DNA from: a bacterium UBP6_UBA1209
GTDB lineage: Bacteria; UBP6; UBA1177
DNA length: 62,855 bases
Reading direction: 5' to 3'
Assembly (NCBI GenBank): GCA_002309575.1
Contig: DBXP01000012.1
Location: forward strand, 1 to 62,855
Positions 18,429 through 28,351 of the stretch are shown here, in pieces. Both the position numbers and the translations under genes were made by a program. Numbering within the stretch: position 1 is the stretch's first letter; every line of letters begins with the position of its first letter. Under the pieces are notes generated by a model. It saw only the letters and a list, made by a program, of their open reading frames with translations, did no database searches and was not told the DNA's origin.

Positions 18429-19490
18429 GTGGGTATGTTTTTCTATAACAAGCAACTTCTTGGACTTGACATGGGTTCGTACTTGATCAAGGCTGCCCAG
18501 CTTCAGAAGAAACGGGGCAAGTACCAGCTCAAGAAATTCGGCTCCATACCAATTCCAGTGAACACAATCGTCGATGGCAGCATTATGAACACCTATGAAA
18601 TGAACGATGCCGTAAAGACACTCATGGCGAAGGAACATTTCAAGGATAAATACTGCTCAATCTGCATCTCCGGTCACGGAATCATCAACAGAGTCATCAG
18701 CGTGCCTAAGGTCGCCGACGATGAGTTCTACAATGTTCTCAAAGTCGAAGCAGAGACTCATATTCCCAATGATATCAAGGATATTTACCTTGATGGAATC
18801 AAGACGGGAGTTGTCGAGGACGGGCGTGACAGAGTTATCCTTATTGCAGCAAGGAAGGATCTCGTAGGTGACTTTTTCCAGGTTGTTAACGATGCCGGCG
18901 TAAGACCGATGTCTGTCGAGATCGACGCAACGGCTCTTGCGAACATCTTCAACGTCAACTATCCTGAAGAGCGAGATAAGACAGTTGCTCTCCTCAATGT
19001 CGGAGCCTCAAAGACGAACATCGTGATCCTTTCAAACGGCGATCTTCGTTTCTTCAGAGAGGTCATGACAGGCGGTAACTTCATCACTGAGGAGATCACC
19101 CGTCGTCTGAAGGTCAGTTTCCAGCAGGCAGAGAGCCTTAAATCGGGTTCACATGCAGCCGGCGACTCGATCCTTCCGAACCAGGTCGAGGAGATCGTTG
19201 CCGACGTGGCGAAGGGAATGGTTTCGGATATTGCCAGAGTCTTCGATTACTACACCAATTCCAATCCCGAGGGTGCCGTTTCGAAGGTTTATGTCACGGG
19301 CGGCGCTACAAGGAGCTTCACTTTCATCGAAACAATCAAATCCAACCTCTCGATCCCGGTTGAAAAGTTTAATCCTTTCAAGGAGATAACGGTCCCGGGG
19401 CAGGTTATGACAAGAGAAGAAGTTGAAAATTGCAGTCATATCGCAGCAATCAGTTTAGGTTTAGCATTACGGAGGATGGACGAAGAATGA
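18429..19490 (+). CDS. pilM: Type IV pilus assembly protein PilM (actin-like ATPase fold)
   Basis: LGLDMGSYLIKAAQL at the N-terminus, NVGASKTNIVIL and YVTGGATR are present. It is followed by pilNOPQ. Confidence 0.9.
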   Translation: MGMFFYNKQLLGLDMGSYLIKAAQLQKKRGKYQLKKFGSIPIPVNTIVDGSIMNTYEMNDAVKTLMAKEHFKDKYCSICISGHGIINRVISVPKVADDEFYNVLKVEAETHIPNDIKDIYLDGIKTGVVEDGRDRVILIAARKDLVGDFFQVVNDAGVRPMSVEIDATALANIFNVNYPEERDKTVALLNVGASKTNIVILSNGDLRFFREVMTGGNFITEEITRRLKVSFQQAESLKSGSHAAGDSILPNQVEEIVADVAKGMVSDIARVFDYYTNSNPEGAVSKVYVTGGATRSFTFIETIKSNLSIPVEKFNPFKEITVPGQVMTREEVENCSHIAAISLGLALRRMDEE

Positions 19491-20119
19491 TAAAAATTAA
19501 TCTGTTACCCGTAAAAGAAGAAAAGCTCAAAACGGAAGCCAAGGGTTTCCTTGCTGTTTGTGTTGTTGCCATTGCAGTTGTTGTTGTCCTTATTTTCCTC
19601 AACAGCTCTGTTCTTGAGGAGCAGGAAGAGGCGAGCAAGGCCGAGATTGCCAAGATGGATGCCGAGATTGCCAAGTTAAAGTCGATTATGGGCGAAATCA
19701 AATCCCTCAAGGAGAAAAAGGCAAAGCTTCAGGAAAAGATGGATATGATCGTGAAGCTGCAGGAACAAAACATCGGTCCGGTAAGAGTTCTTGACGAACT
19801 TTCTCTCAAGCTTCCCTCCAACAAGATTTGGGTCGAAAAGCTCACAATCAAGGGAAACAAGCTTGATCTTGACGGAAAAACTCTGGAAAACCAGGAAGTT
19901 GCCGGCTTTATGAAGCAGCTTGAGAATTCGACCTTCTTCTCCGGAATAAACCTCAAGAAGGTGACCAAGGACAAGGCTGTTCAGGGTGTCACGATGCTTT
20001 CCTACGGCTTGAACACAACAGTTCACTTCGCAGGCAGGGAACCTGAACCGGCAGCTAAGCCTGCTCAGGGCGCACAGGGCGAACAACCCGCTGCTGCTAC
20101 GGCACAGGCTAATCAGTAG
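19487..20119 (+). CDS. pilN: Type IV pilus assembly protein PilN
   Basis: MIKINLLP, then a TM, then a coiled coil. It has an ATGA overlap with the pilM stop. The ORF-track start at 19430 is rejected. Confidence 0.85.
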   Translation: MIKINLLPVKEEKLKTEAKGFLAVCVVAIAVVVVLIFLNSSVLEEQEEASKAEIAKMDAEIAKLKSIMGEIKSLKEKKAKLQEKMDMIVKLQEQNIGPVRVLDELSLKLPSNKIWVEKLTIKGNKLDLDGKTLENQEVAGFMKQLENSTFFSGINLKKVTKDKAVQGVTMLSYGLNTTVHFAGREPEPAAKPAQGAQGEQPAAATAQANQ

Positions 20120-20129
20120 GAGGTCAAAG

Positions 20130-20795
20130 ATGAATTTAAGCAAACTCTTAATAAGTATCGGAAAACTGAAACCGTCATACAAGTACGGTGCTCTGCTTGT
20201 AATTTTAGTTCTCATTACGGTTGCATATTACTTTATGGTATATCAGCCTCATGTTGAGAGAATGGAACAGCTTTACAGAGAGTTCTCCTCGAAAAAGGCG
20301 GAATTTTCGAAGACGGTTGTCCTTGTTCGTGACAAGGGTCAGTTCCTCGAAGAGGTCGAGGCGCTCGACAGAGATCTCAAGGTCGCGATCAGTATGCTTC
20401 CGGACAAGAGAGAGATTCCTTCTCTTTTGAAAAAACTTTCCGACGAGGCTGAAAAGTTCGGACTTGAGGTTTATTACTTCGAGCCGCTTGCTGAAAGAAG
20501 GCAGGAATTTTATGCTGAAGTTCCCGTCTCGATCAAGGTCAGAGGCAGCTTCCACGAGGTTCTCGGCTTCTTTGACAGCGTCAACAAGCTTGCAAGAATC
20601 GTCAATGTAAGCGATCTTGACATCAAAGCTGACGCAAAGAGCCAGCAGCCGAAGGCAAAGGATCCGAAAAAGGGAAACGTCACCACTTCGTCGGCGTTCA
20701 GCGGTTTCCAGCCGAACAAAACGAACCTCGATATCGCTTTCAGGGCAACGACCTATCGTTTCCTTTCACAGTCTGAGATGGGAGGACAAAAATGA
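20130..20795 (+). CDS. pilO: Type IV pilus assembly protein PilO
   Basis: It has an N-terminal TM, a coiled coil, and a ferredoxin-like C-terminal region (IPSLLKKLSDEAEKFGLEV..., VPVSIKVRGSFHEVLGFFDSVNKLARIVNV). Position in the cluster and a GGAGG RBS support the call. Confidence 0.8.
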   Translation: MNLSKLLISIGKLKPSYKYGALLVILVLITVAYYFMVYQPHVERMEQLYREFSSKKAEFSKTVVLVRDKGQFLEEVEALDRDLKVAISMLPDKREIPSLLKKLSDEAEKFGLEVYYFEPLAERRQEFYAEVPVSIKVRGSFHEVLGFFDSVNKLARIVNVSDLDIKADAKSQQPKAKDPKKGNVTTSSAFSGFQPNKTNLDIAFRATTYRFLSQSEMGGQK

Positions 20796-21421
20796 TAAAA
20801 ACTAATATGCGCCTGCTTTTCAGCCTGATTTTGCTGGCAATGCTTGCCGGATGCGCAAACGAATATCAGATCGAACCTTTTGACTTTAAGGCTGAGTACG
20901 ACAAAATCAGCAAGACCAAGACGACCGAAACCAAAACGAAGGAGATCAATATCTCCGATATCGCGCAGAGAAAGTCGAATTACCGCTACTCAGCAGTCGG
21001 AAAGAAGGACCCCTTCAGAAGTTATTTCGGCGATATGGCTGCGATGAACAAAGAAAAAAAGATTGTCAGTGAGCTTCAGAACTTTGATGTTTCCGATTTA
21101 AGGCTCACTGCGATCGTTTGGGGCATTTCCGAGCCGAGAGCCACGATCGTCGCTCCGGACGGAAAGAGCTATATCGTAAAGACGGGAAGTTTTATCGGAA
21201 AAAACTGGGGAAAGATAAGCCGTATTCTTCCCGACAAGATCGAAATTGTTGAAACTTACAAGGATCCGCTCGGCAGAAAGATCATCAACAAGCTTTATCT
21301 GGAGCTTCCGGTCAAGACCAACCTGACGAAGGATGAAGACGATGAAACGGAAAGCGCTGCGGACTTTGAAAGTGAAAACAGCGGTGCAAATAAGAAAAAA
21401 TCGAATAATAACAATAACTAA
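20792..21421 (+). CDS. pilP: Type IV pilus assembly lipoprotein PilP
   Basis: It has a lipobox (LLAMLAGC), a KDPFRSYF motif, and LRLTAIVWG...ATIVAPDGKSYIVKTGSFIG typical of PilP. It has an ATGA overlap with pilO. Confidence 0.7.
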   Translation: MIKTNMRLLFSLILLAMLAGCANEYQIEPFDFKAEYDKISKTKTTETKTKEINISDIAQRKSNYRYSAVGKKDPFRSYFGDMAAMNKEKKIVSELQNFDVSDLRLTAIVWGISEPRATIVAPDGKSYIVKTGSFIGKNWGKISRILPDKIEIVETYKDPLGRKIINKLYLELPVKTNLTKDEDDETESAADFESENSGANKKKSNNNNN

Positions 21422-21436
21422 GCGACGGAGCTCGGA

Positions 21437-23800
21437 ATGAAAAGTCTCAGAGTTACAATTGTTCTTTCGTTAGTCTTTGCGGCATTCGCAGTTTATGCTG
21501 AATCATTGTCGGTAGAACTTAACGGGGACAAAATCGTTTCAGAAAGTTTGAATGGGATCTCCTTCAATTTGGCTGAAGATCATCTTGAAATTTTAGGTCT
21601 CGGCGAACTTAATTCAAAAGACCTTGCCAACGCAAAGCAGGGCATGCTTGACGGTAAAAAGGCTGCGAAACTGCAGATCCCGTTGAGCCAGAACGACATC
21701 GTTTTTGAGTCGGTAGCTGAAAACACGACTGTTAAACTCGGCAGCTTTGAAAATCTTGTAACGCTTGGCGATGAAAAATCGCTCGCAGAGAGCAGCGTTA
21801 AGATGAGCATGAAGGGTTCAAAGATAAGCTTCAGCTTCTCCAGACAGCCCGAATCGGCAAGATTTTTCGCGCTCAGGAACCCTGACAGACTTGTCTTCGA
21901 TTTCATAGGCATCAAGGGTTCGATGAAGGCTCCGAAGAGCGTCAGAAGCGCGAACCATCCTTCAGGCTTCCGCGTAGTTGTAGAGGGCCGAATCCCGCAG
22001 TTCTTCGCAATCGACAGCACGAAGGGTTACACTTTCAACGGCAGCGAAGATAAGCGTTTTGCATCCTTCTCGACCGAAAAGGGAGCAGAAAAGGCTCTTG
22101 CAAAAGAGGAGGCTGCAGCTCCTGCGAAGGTAGAAATCACAGAGATAGCATTTGTCGGCGAGGATCCGGAAATTCTTAAGATCGTTGCAGACGGTAAGCT
22201 TGAGATTTCCAGAAAGGTCAACGGAAAGGATGTAGAAGTTGTCGTTGCCAATGCAAGGATCGCAAAGGATAAGGAGCAGGTTATTGATGCAACATCGCTC
22301 AACGGTCCTGTTTCCGAGATCGCTGTTTTCAATGACGGCGACAATGTAAAAATTGCAGCAAAGCTTAAAGATGCCAAAAACAGCCTCAACATTGAAACCG
22401 CAAGCAACGGCACTGAACTCGTTTTTAACTCGAATGTAGAGAAAAATCAGGGTGTCGCAGGTTATTCCGAGGCTCAGATCGTAAGACTTCCGCAGTCGGC
22501 AGTCGCTCAAGAGGCCGGTGAAAGCGGTTCATTCAATGTCGAAGATGCTCCGGTCCAGTATACAGGCAAGAAGATCAATCTCGATTTCAAAGAGGTCGAT
22601 ATCCTCGATATCCTTCGACTTATGTCTGATATCAGCAAGCTCAACATCATTGCCGGCGACGACGTCAAGGGTAACGTAACGGTAAGACTTGTTGATATTC
22701 CCTGGGATGAGGCTCTTGATGTTATCCTTAAGAGCAAATCGCTCAGCAAGGAGAGATTCGGCAACATCATCCGCGTTGCAACGACCAGGACGATGCAGCG
22801 TGAAAAAGAGGAACAGCTTGCGAAAGAGAACGCTCAGAAGAAGCTGGAACCTGTAAAAGTAAGACTTGTTCCTGTAAACTATGCTATGGCAGACCAGCTT
22901 GTACCGCAGATCAAGGAACTCCTTACCGACAGAGGTACCGTCAGCTTCGACCAGAGAACCAATGTTCTTATCGTTAAGGATGTCGAAGAGGTCCTTGACA
23001 AATCAGAACAGCTTGTTGATTTCCTTGATGCTCAAACTCCGCAGGTCCTTATCGAGTCCAGAATCGTTGAGGCGACTTCGACTTCCGCTCTTGGTCTCGG
23101 TATCGAATGGGGCACGACCCACACATACACGGATGCAAACGGTCACCCGACAAACGCAATATTCCCCTACAACCTGGGTGTAGGCGGCAGCGTTTCAGTT
23201 CCCGGTCCGGCAGATCCGACAGGATCGCTTGGCTTCACCTTCGGCAGCGTCGGCATGATCAACGACCTTAACCTCACGCTCAACGTAATGGAGAGTGAAG
23301 GTAAAATCAAGATCGTAAGCTCTCCGAAAGTTGCAACTCTTGACAACAAAGAGGCTATGATCCAGCAAGGTACGAGTATTCCGATCACCACGAGAGGTAC
23401 ATCAGGCGATATTACCACGAAATATGTAGATGCTACACTTGTTCTGAAGGCGACACCTCACATCACGGCTGACGGTTCGATCCTTCTCAACATCGAAATC
23501 AACAAGAGTGAGCCTGACTGGTCGAATGCCAACTACCTCGGCGAGCCTTCAATTATCAAGAAGGAGGCAAAGACGGAAATCCTCGTAAAGAGCGGCGACA
23601 CTGTTGTTATCGGCGGTGTCTACACCAACAAGACCTCATATACAAAGAGAGGTGTTCCTGGCATTTCCAAGGTCCCGGTACTTGGCTGGCTCTTCAAATC
23701 AGAGGATCACAGAGTCGAGAGAAGCGAACTTCTTATCTTCCTCACTCCGAAGATCATGAACAGGGTTAAAACGGCAATGCCGCAGGAACCTGAAGAGTAA
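21437..23800 (+). CDS. pilQ: Type IV pilus secretin PilQ with N-terminal AMIN domains
   Basis: AMIN-like segments are present (ARFFALRNPDRLVFDFIGIKG). The secretin N0 domain is NLDFKEVDILDILRLMSDISKLNIIAGDDVKGNVTVRLVDIPWDEALDVIL. The C-terminal secretin core is VIGGVY...VPVLGWLF...ELLIFLTPKI. Confidence 0.93.
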   Translation: MKSLRVTIVLSLVFAAFAVYAESLSVELNGDKIVSESLNGISFNLAEDHLEILGLGELNSKDLANAKQGMLDGKKAAKLQIPLSQNDIVFESVAENTTVKLGSFENLVTLGDEKSLAESSVKMSMKGSKISFSFSRQPESARFFALRNPDRLVFDFIGIKGSMKAPKSVRSANHPSGFRVVVEGRIPQFFAIDSTKGYTFNGSEDKRFASFSTEKGAEKALAKEEAAAPAKVEITEIAFVGEDPEILKIVADGKLEISRKVNGKDVEVVVANARIAKDKEQVIDATSLNGPVSEIAVFNDGDNVKIAAKLKDAKNSLNIETASNGTELVFNSNVEKNQGVAGYSEAQIVRLPQSAVAQEAGESGSFNVEDAPVQYTGKKINLDFKEVDILDILRLMSDISKLNIIAGDDVKGNVTVRLVDIPWDEALDVILKSKSLSKERFGNIIRVATTRTMQREKEEQLAKENAQKKLEPVKVRLVPVNYAMADQLVPQIKELLTDRGTVSFDQRTNVLIVKDVEEVLDKSEQLVDFLDAQTPQVLIESRIVEATSTSALGLGIEWGTTHTYTDANGHPTNAIFPYNLGVGGSVSVPGPADPTGSLGFTFGSVGMINDLNLTLNVMESEGKIKIVSSPKVATLDNKEAMIQQGTSIPITTRGTSGDITTKYVDATLVLKATPHITADGSILLNIEINKSEPDWSNANYLGEPSIIKKEAKTEILVKSGDTVVIGGVYTNKTSYTKRGVPGISKVPVLGWLFKSEDHRVERSELLIFLTPKIMNRVKTAMPQEPEE

Positions 23801-24834
23801 TGAATTTTGTTTCGGCCGGCGAATCCCACGGGAGCGCGCTAGTTGCAATCCTCAGCGGGTTTCCGGCAGGTTTGAAGTTTGATAGTGTTCTTTTTGAGTT
23901 TGAATTAGGCCGGAGACGCAGGGGGGACGGTCGATCCGCGAGATTGGATCTCGAGGACGATGCAGTCCAGATCGTTTCCGGAGTTGTCGGGTCTGTTACG
24001 ACAGGGGCGCCGATTGCGTTCCTTTTGAAAAACAGAGCCGGCAGACAGCTCTTTGAAAACGGATTAACAGATTCAGGGTTTCCGCGTCCGGGGCATGTCG
24101 ATTTCGGTTCGTTCCGGAAGTTCGACTACGATGCCGTAACGCTCGGAGCGGAGAGATCAAGCGCGAGAGAGACCGCTATGCGGGTCGCGGCAGGGGCCTT
24201 CTGCAAGATGCTCCTTGCCGGATTTGGTATCGGTTTTTCTTCGGAGATCGTCGAGATCGGAGGGATCCCGTATGCTCAATTCGATCCGCAGAAGGCTTTG
24301 GCCGACAGCGGAAACGGGAGCTACGGCGGTGTCGTCCGGCTGAAGGTCTCCGGGGTTCCGGTCGGGCTAGGCTCAAATTCCCAGTGGTTTACACGCATCG
24401 ATTCGCAGCTTTCCTCGGCTCTTGTTTCGATTCCTTCTGTCAAGGGAGTCTATTTCGGCGATACCGCTCTCCACAAAATGCGCGGCAGAGAGGCGCTGGA
24501 TTCATTTACGGACAGGTTCGGGACTAGATCCTCAAACATGTGCGGCGGTATCGAGGGCGGGATAACCACCGGTTCGCCGATTGAGGCTAATGTATATTTT
24601 AAGCCGATTCCATCACAGCCGTTCGAGGTCGCTTCGATATCTCCGAAAACCGGTGGACACGGCGTATGTCCGGCAGGCGTGAATGACCTTTGGTGCATAG
24701 AACGGGCGGGAGTTATCGTCGAGAGTGCGGCGGCGTTTGTTGTCGCCAATGCTTTCTGCGACAAGTTCGGCTATGACTGCATGAGTGACATCAGATCGGC
24801 CTATGACGCCTACATCGCGAGGATTTCGAAATGA
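23800..24834 (+). CDS. aroC: Chorismate synthase
   Basis: SAGESHG at the N-terminus, RRRRGDGRSARLDLEDD and GGIEGGITTG are present. It overlaps the pilQ stop by 1 nt (TAATG). Confidence 0.9.
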   Translation: MNFVSAGESHGSALVAILSGFPAGLKFDSVLFEFELGRRRRGDGRSARLDLEDDAVQIVSGVVGSVTTGAPIAFLLKNRAGRQLFENGLTDSGFPRPGHVDFGSFRKFDYDAVTLGAERSSARETAMRVAAGAFCKMLLAGFGIGFSSEIVEIGGIPYAQFDPQKALADSGNGSYGGVVRLKVSGVPVGLGSNSQWFTRIDSQLSSALVSIPSVKGVYFGDTALHKMRGREALDSFTDRFGTRSSNMCGGIEGGITTGSPIEANVYFKPIPSQPFEVASISPKTGGHGVCPAGVNDLWCIERAGVIVESAAAFVVANAFCDKFGYDCMSDIRSAYDAYIARISK

Positions 24835-25334
24835 GGCGGCTGGCGCTTATCGGCTTCTCGGGAAGCGGTAAAACATCGCTTGCCGGAATGGCCTGGAGCA
24901 TCGGTTTGAAGAGTGCCGATTCAGATGCCGAGCTTGAGCGTCTGACCGGCAGGACGATTGCCGGGATCTTGGACTCGGGTGATGAGTGCGGTTTCAGACA
25001 GCTCGAGAGCGAAGTGATCAGCGGGCTTCTGGCACAGGATTTTTCGTTTCTGGCATTCGGTGGCGGCGTCCATGCGGCGCATCCGGTGTGGGGCGAAATT
25101 CTGCAAAGCCGGGTGCCGGTTCTCTACCTGCGCGGCTCGTTTGACGAGTTCCTGGCGAGAGCGGCGGACAGACCGCTTTTAAGGCAGCTCGGTGTCGACG
25201 GTTACCGCGATTTATATGAAAAACGGTTGCCGCTTTACGAAAGGTCCGCCAACTTCACGGTCGATGTCAGTCATAGAACTTTGGGCGAAATATGGAGTGA
25301 GATAGAGACGTTATGGAAATACATCTCCAGGTGA
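24831..25334 (+). CDS. aroK: Shikimate kinase
   Basis: It has a Walker A (LIGFSGSGKTS), a D-S-D segment and FRQLESEV in a 167-aa protein. It has an ATGA overlap with aroC. Confidence 0.85.
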   Translation: MRRLALIGFSGSGKTSLAGMAWSIGLKSADSDAELERLTGRTIAGILDSGDECGFRQLESEVISGLLAQDFSFLAFGGGVHAAHPVWGEILQSRVPVLYLRGSFDEFLARAADRPLLRQLGVDGYRDLYEKRLPLYERSANFTVDVSHRTLGEIWSEIETLWKYISR

Positions 25335-26311
25335 GTTTTTCATCGCGCTTGACATTTTCGGCCTCTTTGGCTGAGCTGAAGGGTCGATTAGGCGGAGATT
25401 CGCTCTTTGTGATCGACAGCTCGATAGTGCACCTTTTCCCGGATATACCGGCTGAGCGGATTTTTTTGTTCAACGGCGAAAAGGAGAAGGATTTCGAAAC
25501 GGTCGGACGATGCCTGACCTGGCTTTTGAGCTGCGGTGCGACCCGCCAGACGAAACTTGTTGCGGTCGGCGGCGGTGCGACAACGGACTTCGCGGCCTTT
25601 GCCGCTTCGGTTTTTCATCGAGGGATGCGGCTGGTTATGGTCCCGACAACGCTTTTGTCCATGGTCGACAGCGCGGTCGGAGGCAAGACGGCGGTAAATC
25701 TGGCGGCAAAAAACACAGTCGGCAGCTTCTATCCGGCAGAGGAGATCGTCATCGTTCGGGAGTTCCTTTCGACACTCGGTCCGGTCGAAAAGGCGTCAGG
25801 CAAGGCCGAGATGGTCAAGCTTGCGCTGATTCGCGGAGGCGAGCTTGCACGGAAGGTGCTGCGCGGCGACGATTTGACGACGGACGAAAGTATCAGGCTT
25901 GCAATCAAGGAGAAGCTCGAGATTGTGAGCGAGGATTTAACGGATACCCTGGGAAAGAGAATTGTTCTGAACTGGGGGCATACATTCGGTCATGCGATCG
26001 AACATGCCTACGGTTTGCCGCACGGTCTTGCTGTCGCGGCGGGGATGGTTCTCGAACAGAGGTGGGCGGAGAAAGCCGGTGCGTGCGATCTTTTCCCGTC
26101 TGAAAAGGTCGAGTATCTGCTGGCTCTCAACGGAGTCGGTACCGATACCCGGACCTACATTGAAGATAACTTATGGAAAAAGTTGGTTTTTATGGATAAA
26201 AAAAGGGAATTTGAAAAAATTTCAATAGTTTATTTGGTTGATTTAGGAAAAACAGGCATTATTTGCAGAGACTTGAACGACATATTAAAAGATTTGGAGG
26301 ATTTGAGATGA
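25313..26311 (+). CDS. aroB: 3-dehydroquinate synthase
   Basis: GGGATTDFAAFAASVFHRGMRLVMVPTTLLSMVDSAVGGKTAVN and GHTFGHAIE are present. An alternative GTG start at 25331 would give a GTGA overlap with aroK. Confidence 0.92.
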   Translation: MEIHLQVSFSSRLTFSASLAELKGRLGGDSLFVIDSSIVHLFPDIPAERIFLFNGEKEKDFETVGRCLTWLLSCGATRQTKLVAVGGGATTDFAAFAASVFHRGMRLVMVPTTLLSMVDSAVGGKTAVNLAAKNTVGSFYPAEEIVIVREFLSTLGPVEKASGKAEMVKLALIRGGELARKVLRGDDLTTDESIRLAIKEKLEIVSEDLTDTLGKRIVLNWGHTFGHAIEHAYGLPHGLAVAAGMVLEQRWAEKAGACDLFPSEKVEYLLALNGVGTDTRTYIEDNLWKKLVFMDKKREFEKISIVYLVDLGKTGIICRDLNDILKDLEDLR

Positions 26312-27345
26312 AAAGGATTTTCATTGTTACCCTGATGATCGTTTCGATGATGATGGTAGCTTGTGTCGAGAGAAGAAATCGTGTAATCATTGAAAAGTTT
26401 ATACCGATTTCGGAAGAGGACCAATGTATAGTCAAACCCGGCGGCACCAGATACGAAACGAAAGGACATATCGATCTTGCGTTGACAAGCAGGTATCAGC
26501 TCGCGTTCGAAATGACGAACTACATTTCATCCTCGAAAGCAGGCGCGGCAGGTTCGTCGGCTGCACCGATTGAGGGCGGCGAGGCAAATAATTACTATGT
26601 ACAGTGGGCTGAGATTAAATATGAATGGGATCCTAAGGCTCAACCGAACGGAGCGCAGATCAGACTTACCCAGGATCTTTGGAACAAGGCGAAGAAGACT
26701 GAGATCCACGGTGTAGTTATCGAGCCGGAAGGCGGTCAGGCGGCTGCTGTTATCGATATCTTTACGGAGGCTCAGGCAAGAGATCTTCTTGATGCTGTTA
26801 AGAACTCTCCGACATTCGACTGGATCGCAAGTCCTATTCTTGTAAAGGTAAAGGTTCACGGCGAGCTCTCGAACGGAGAGGATGTCAATACCAACACGCT
26901 GACCTACAACATTGTTCCGAGCTACGGCGAATCGATCCAGCAGGGATCGGTTTATTATATCCCTCCGGAGGGTTTCGGAGATCCGAATTCCGAGGATAAG
27001 CAGAAGGCTTACGAGGCTCAAAAGGCTGAGTATGATGCAATTGTGAAGCAGTGCGGTTTCCTTGATCCGATTTACAACGGTTGCCTTGCAGGTCAGGACA
27101 CAGCCATTTCAAACTGCTATGCCGGCGATTCCGATTGGCAGAGGGAGATACTTGAGAGCGAAGGCATGACCTATATCCCTGGTTATGCAGCTGCCGGCGT
27201 TGTCGAGGCAATATACAACAATCACAAGAAAAATTCTTCGATCACCGGTTATTATGCATGTTGTCCGATTTCAGAGCCGGAAGAGCCTGAAGAGCCGGAA
27301 AAGGAGAATGAAGAAAATAATTCAAATCCTGCAGGCGGAGAGTAG
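26308..27345 (+). CDS. Hypothetical lipoprotein
   Basis: I chose the start at 26308 (GGAGGA RBS, ATGA overlap with the aroB stop). It has a lipobox signal (MKRIFIVTLMIVSMMMVAC) and an acidic C-terminal tail (EPEEPEEPEKENEEN). I recognised no family. Confidence 0.65.
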   Translation: MKRIFIVTLMIVSMMMVACVERRNRVIIEKFIPISEEDQCIVKPGGTRYETKGHIDLALTSRYQLAFEMTNYISSSKAGAAGSSAAPIEGGEANNYYVQWAEIKYEWDPKAQPNGAQIRLTQDLWNKAKKTEIHGVVIEPEGGQAAAVIDIFTEAQARDLLDAVKNSPTFDWIASPILVKVKVHGELSNGEDVNTNTLTYNIVPSYGESIQQGSVYYIPPEGFGDPNSEDKQKAYEAQKAEYDAIVKQCGFLDPIYNGCLAGQDTAISNCYAGDSDWQREILESEGMTYIPGYAAAGVVEAIYNNHKKNSSITGYYACCPISEPEEPEEPEKENEENNSNPAGGE

Positions 27346-27418
27346 ATCTGACAGCTAGTTCGGTTTTCATTGATTCTTTTCCGAATCCAATTTGCGATAT
27401 TTCGTTTGTCTGCTTTCA

Positions 27419-27446
27419 TTGACTGTATTCAATAAATCTATATGCT
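27419..27446 (+). promoter_or_regulatory. Putative sigma70-like promoter (TTGACT-16 nt-TATGCT)
   Basis: It lies in the 145-bp gap upstream of the lipoprotein gene at 27491 (AGGAGG RBS). This was read by eye only. Confidence 0.3.
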
Positions 27447-27490
27447 ATAAAGATTGAAGGTCTTTCAACAATGTTTTTTAGGAGGTCACA

Positions 27491-28345
27491 ATGAGATTTT
27501 TATCAGCAGTTCTTGCTGTTTGCATGATTTTTATGGTTTCCTGCGGGAGCAGTGAACAGAAGGGCAAACAGTCGCTTATCGAAAAGAAGATAGAGATGGT
27601 CAAAACGGACAACCAGAAAAGACCTGTCCTGTCGATGGCTAAACTTCTTGAACTCAAGGGCGAGGATGAGGCTCTGGTCAAGAAGAATATTTTGGGGATC
27701 TACAAGGATATTACCTCCAGGGTAAAGCCGCATCATCTTTCCGATTTCAAGGAGTCTCCGAACAGAGAGATCCAGGTCCCCGGCGACGTTTCCAGGATCC
27801 ATATCAAAAGCGACTATGTCCAGAGCGCAAACGTAATGCTCTTCCTTATGAAAGGCAACGAGGCGGTCGTATGGGACGTTCTGGAGTTCAATACCGAGAA
27901 AAAGTATGACTTCGCTCCCGGAAATTACAGCTTTATCATGGTCGTTGACAGACCGGACAACGAAAATATCTATGTTTTCCAGTATGACGGCAACTTCCTG
28001 GGCGGAAAGCTTTACCTCGGCGAATTCAAGATCAGCGGCAAGTACAGCAACTCAGGCGAGTGCCAGCAGGGTTACATCCGTGATGACGCAGAGACATGCA
28101 TCGCTCCGTCGTTCAAGATTTTTGACAACTGCAAAACGGGAACTCACCTTGTCGAGCACCTTTGCTGCGAAGAGGGATTCAACTTCATTATGGACGGTCA
28201 GTGCTCGAGATACAGCGACACCGTTGAAAACGTAATCTGCCCGGCAGGATATCACGAGGGCGGAAAAGGCAGATGCTGCCCGAACGGAACGCTCTTTATC
28301 GACGGCCAGTGCCAGGTCCCGCCAAAAGAGGATGCGGCGAAATAA
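27491..28345 (+). CDS. Hypothetical lipoprotein with Cys-rich C-terminal region
   Basis: It has a lipobox (VCMIFMVSCGS). The C-terminal ~100 aa contain 13 Cys (CQQGY..C..C..CC..C..C..CC..C). Confidence 0.65.
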   Translation: MRFLSAVLAVCMIFMVSCGSSEQKGKQSLIEKKIEMVKTDNQKRPVLSMAKLLELKGEDEALVKKNILGIYKDITSRVKPHHLSDFKESPNREIQVPGDVSRIHIKSDYVQSANVMLFLMKGNEAVVWDVLEFNTEKKYDFAPGNYSFIMVVDRPDNENIYVFQYDGNFLGGKLYLGEFKISGKYSNSGECQQGYIRDDAETCIAPSFKIFDNCKTGTHLVEHLCCEEGFNFIMDGQCSRYSDTVENVICPAGYHEGGKGRCCPNGTLFIDGQCQVPPKEDAAK

Positions 28346-28351
28346 TTTCCC

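Noticed and set aside
26263-26307. The N-terminally extended starts given by the ORF track, here and at 3126, 9783, 10657, 19430, 30494, 33123, 33140, 54373 and 55976.
   Set aside because: In each case an internal start gives a proper signal peptide or conserved N-terminus. That start is preceded by a Shine-Dalgarno sequence and/or forms a 4-nt overlap with the upstream stop. The extensions overlap the upstream gene and add non-conserved residues.
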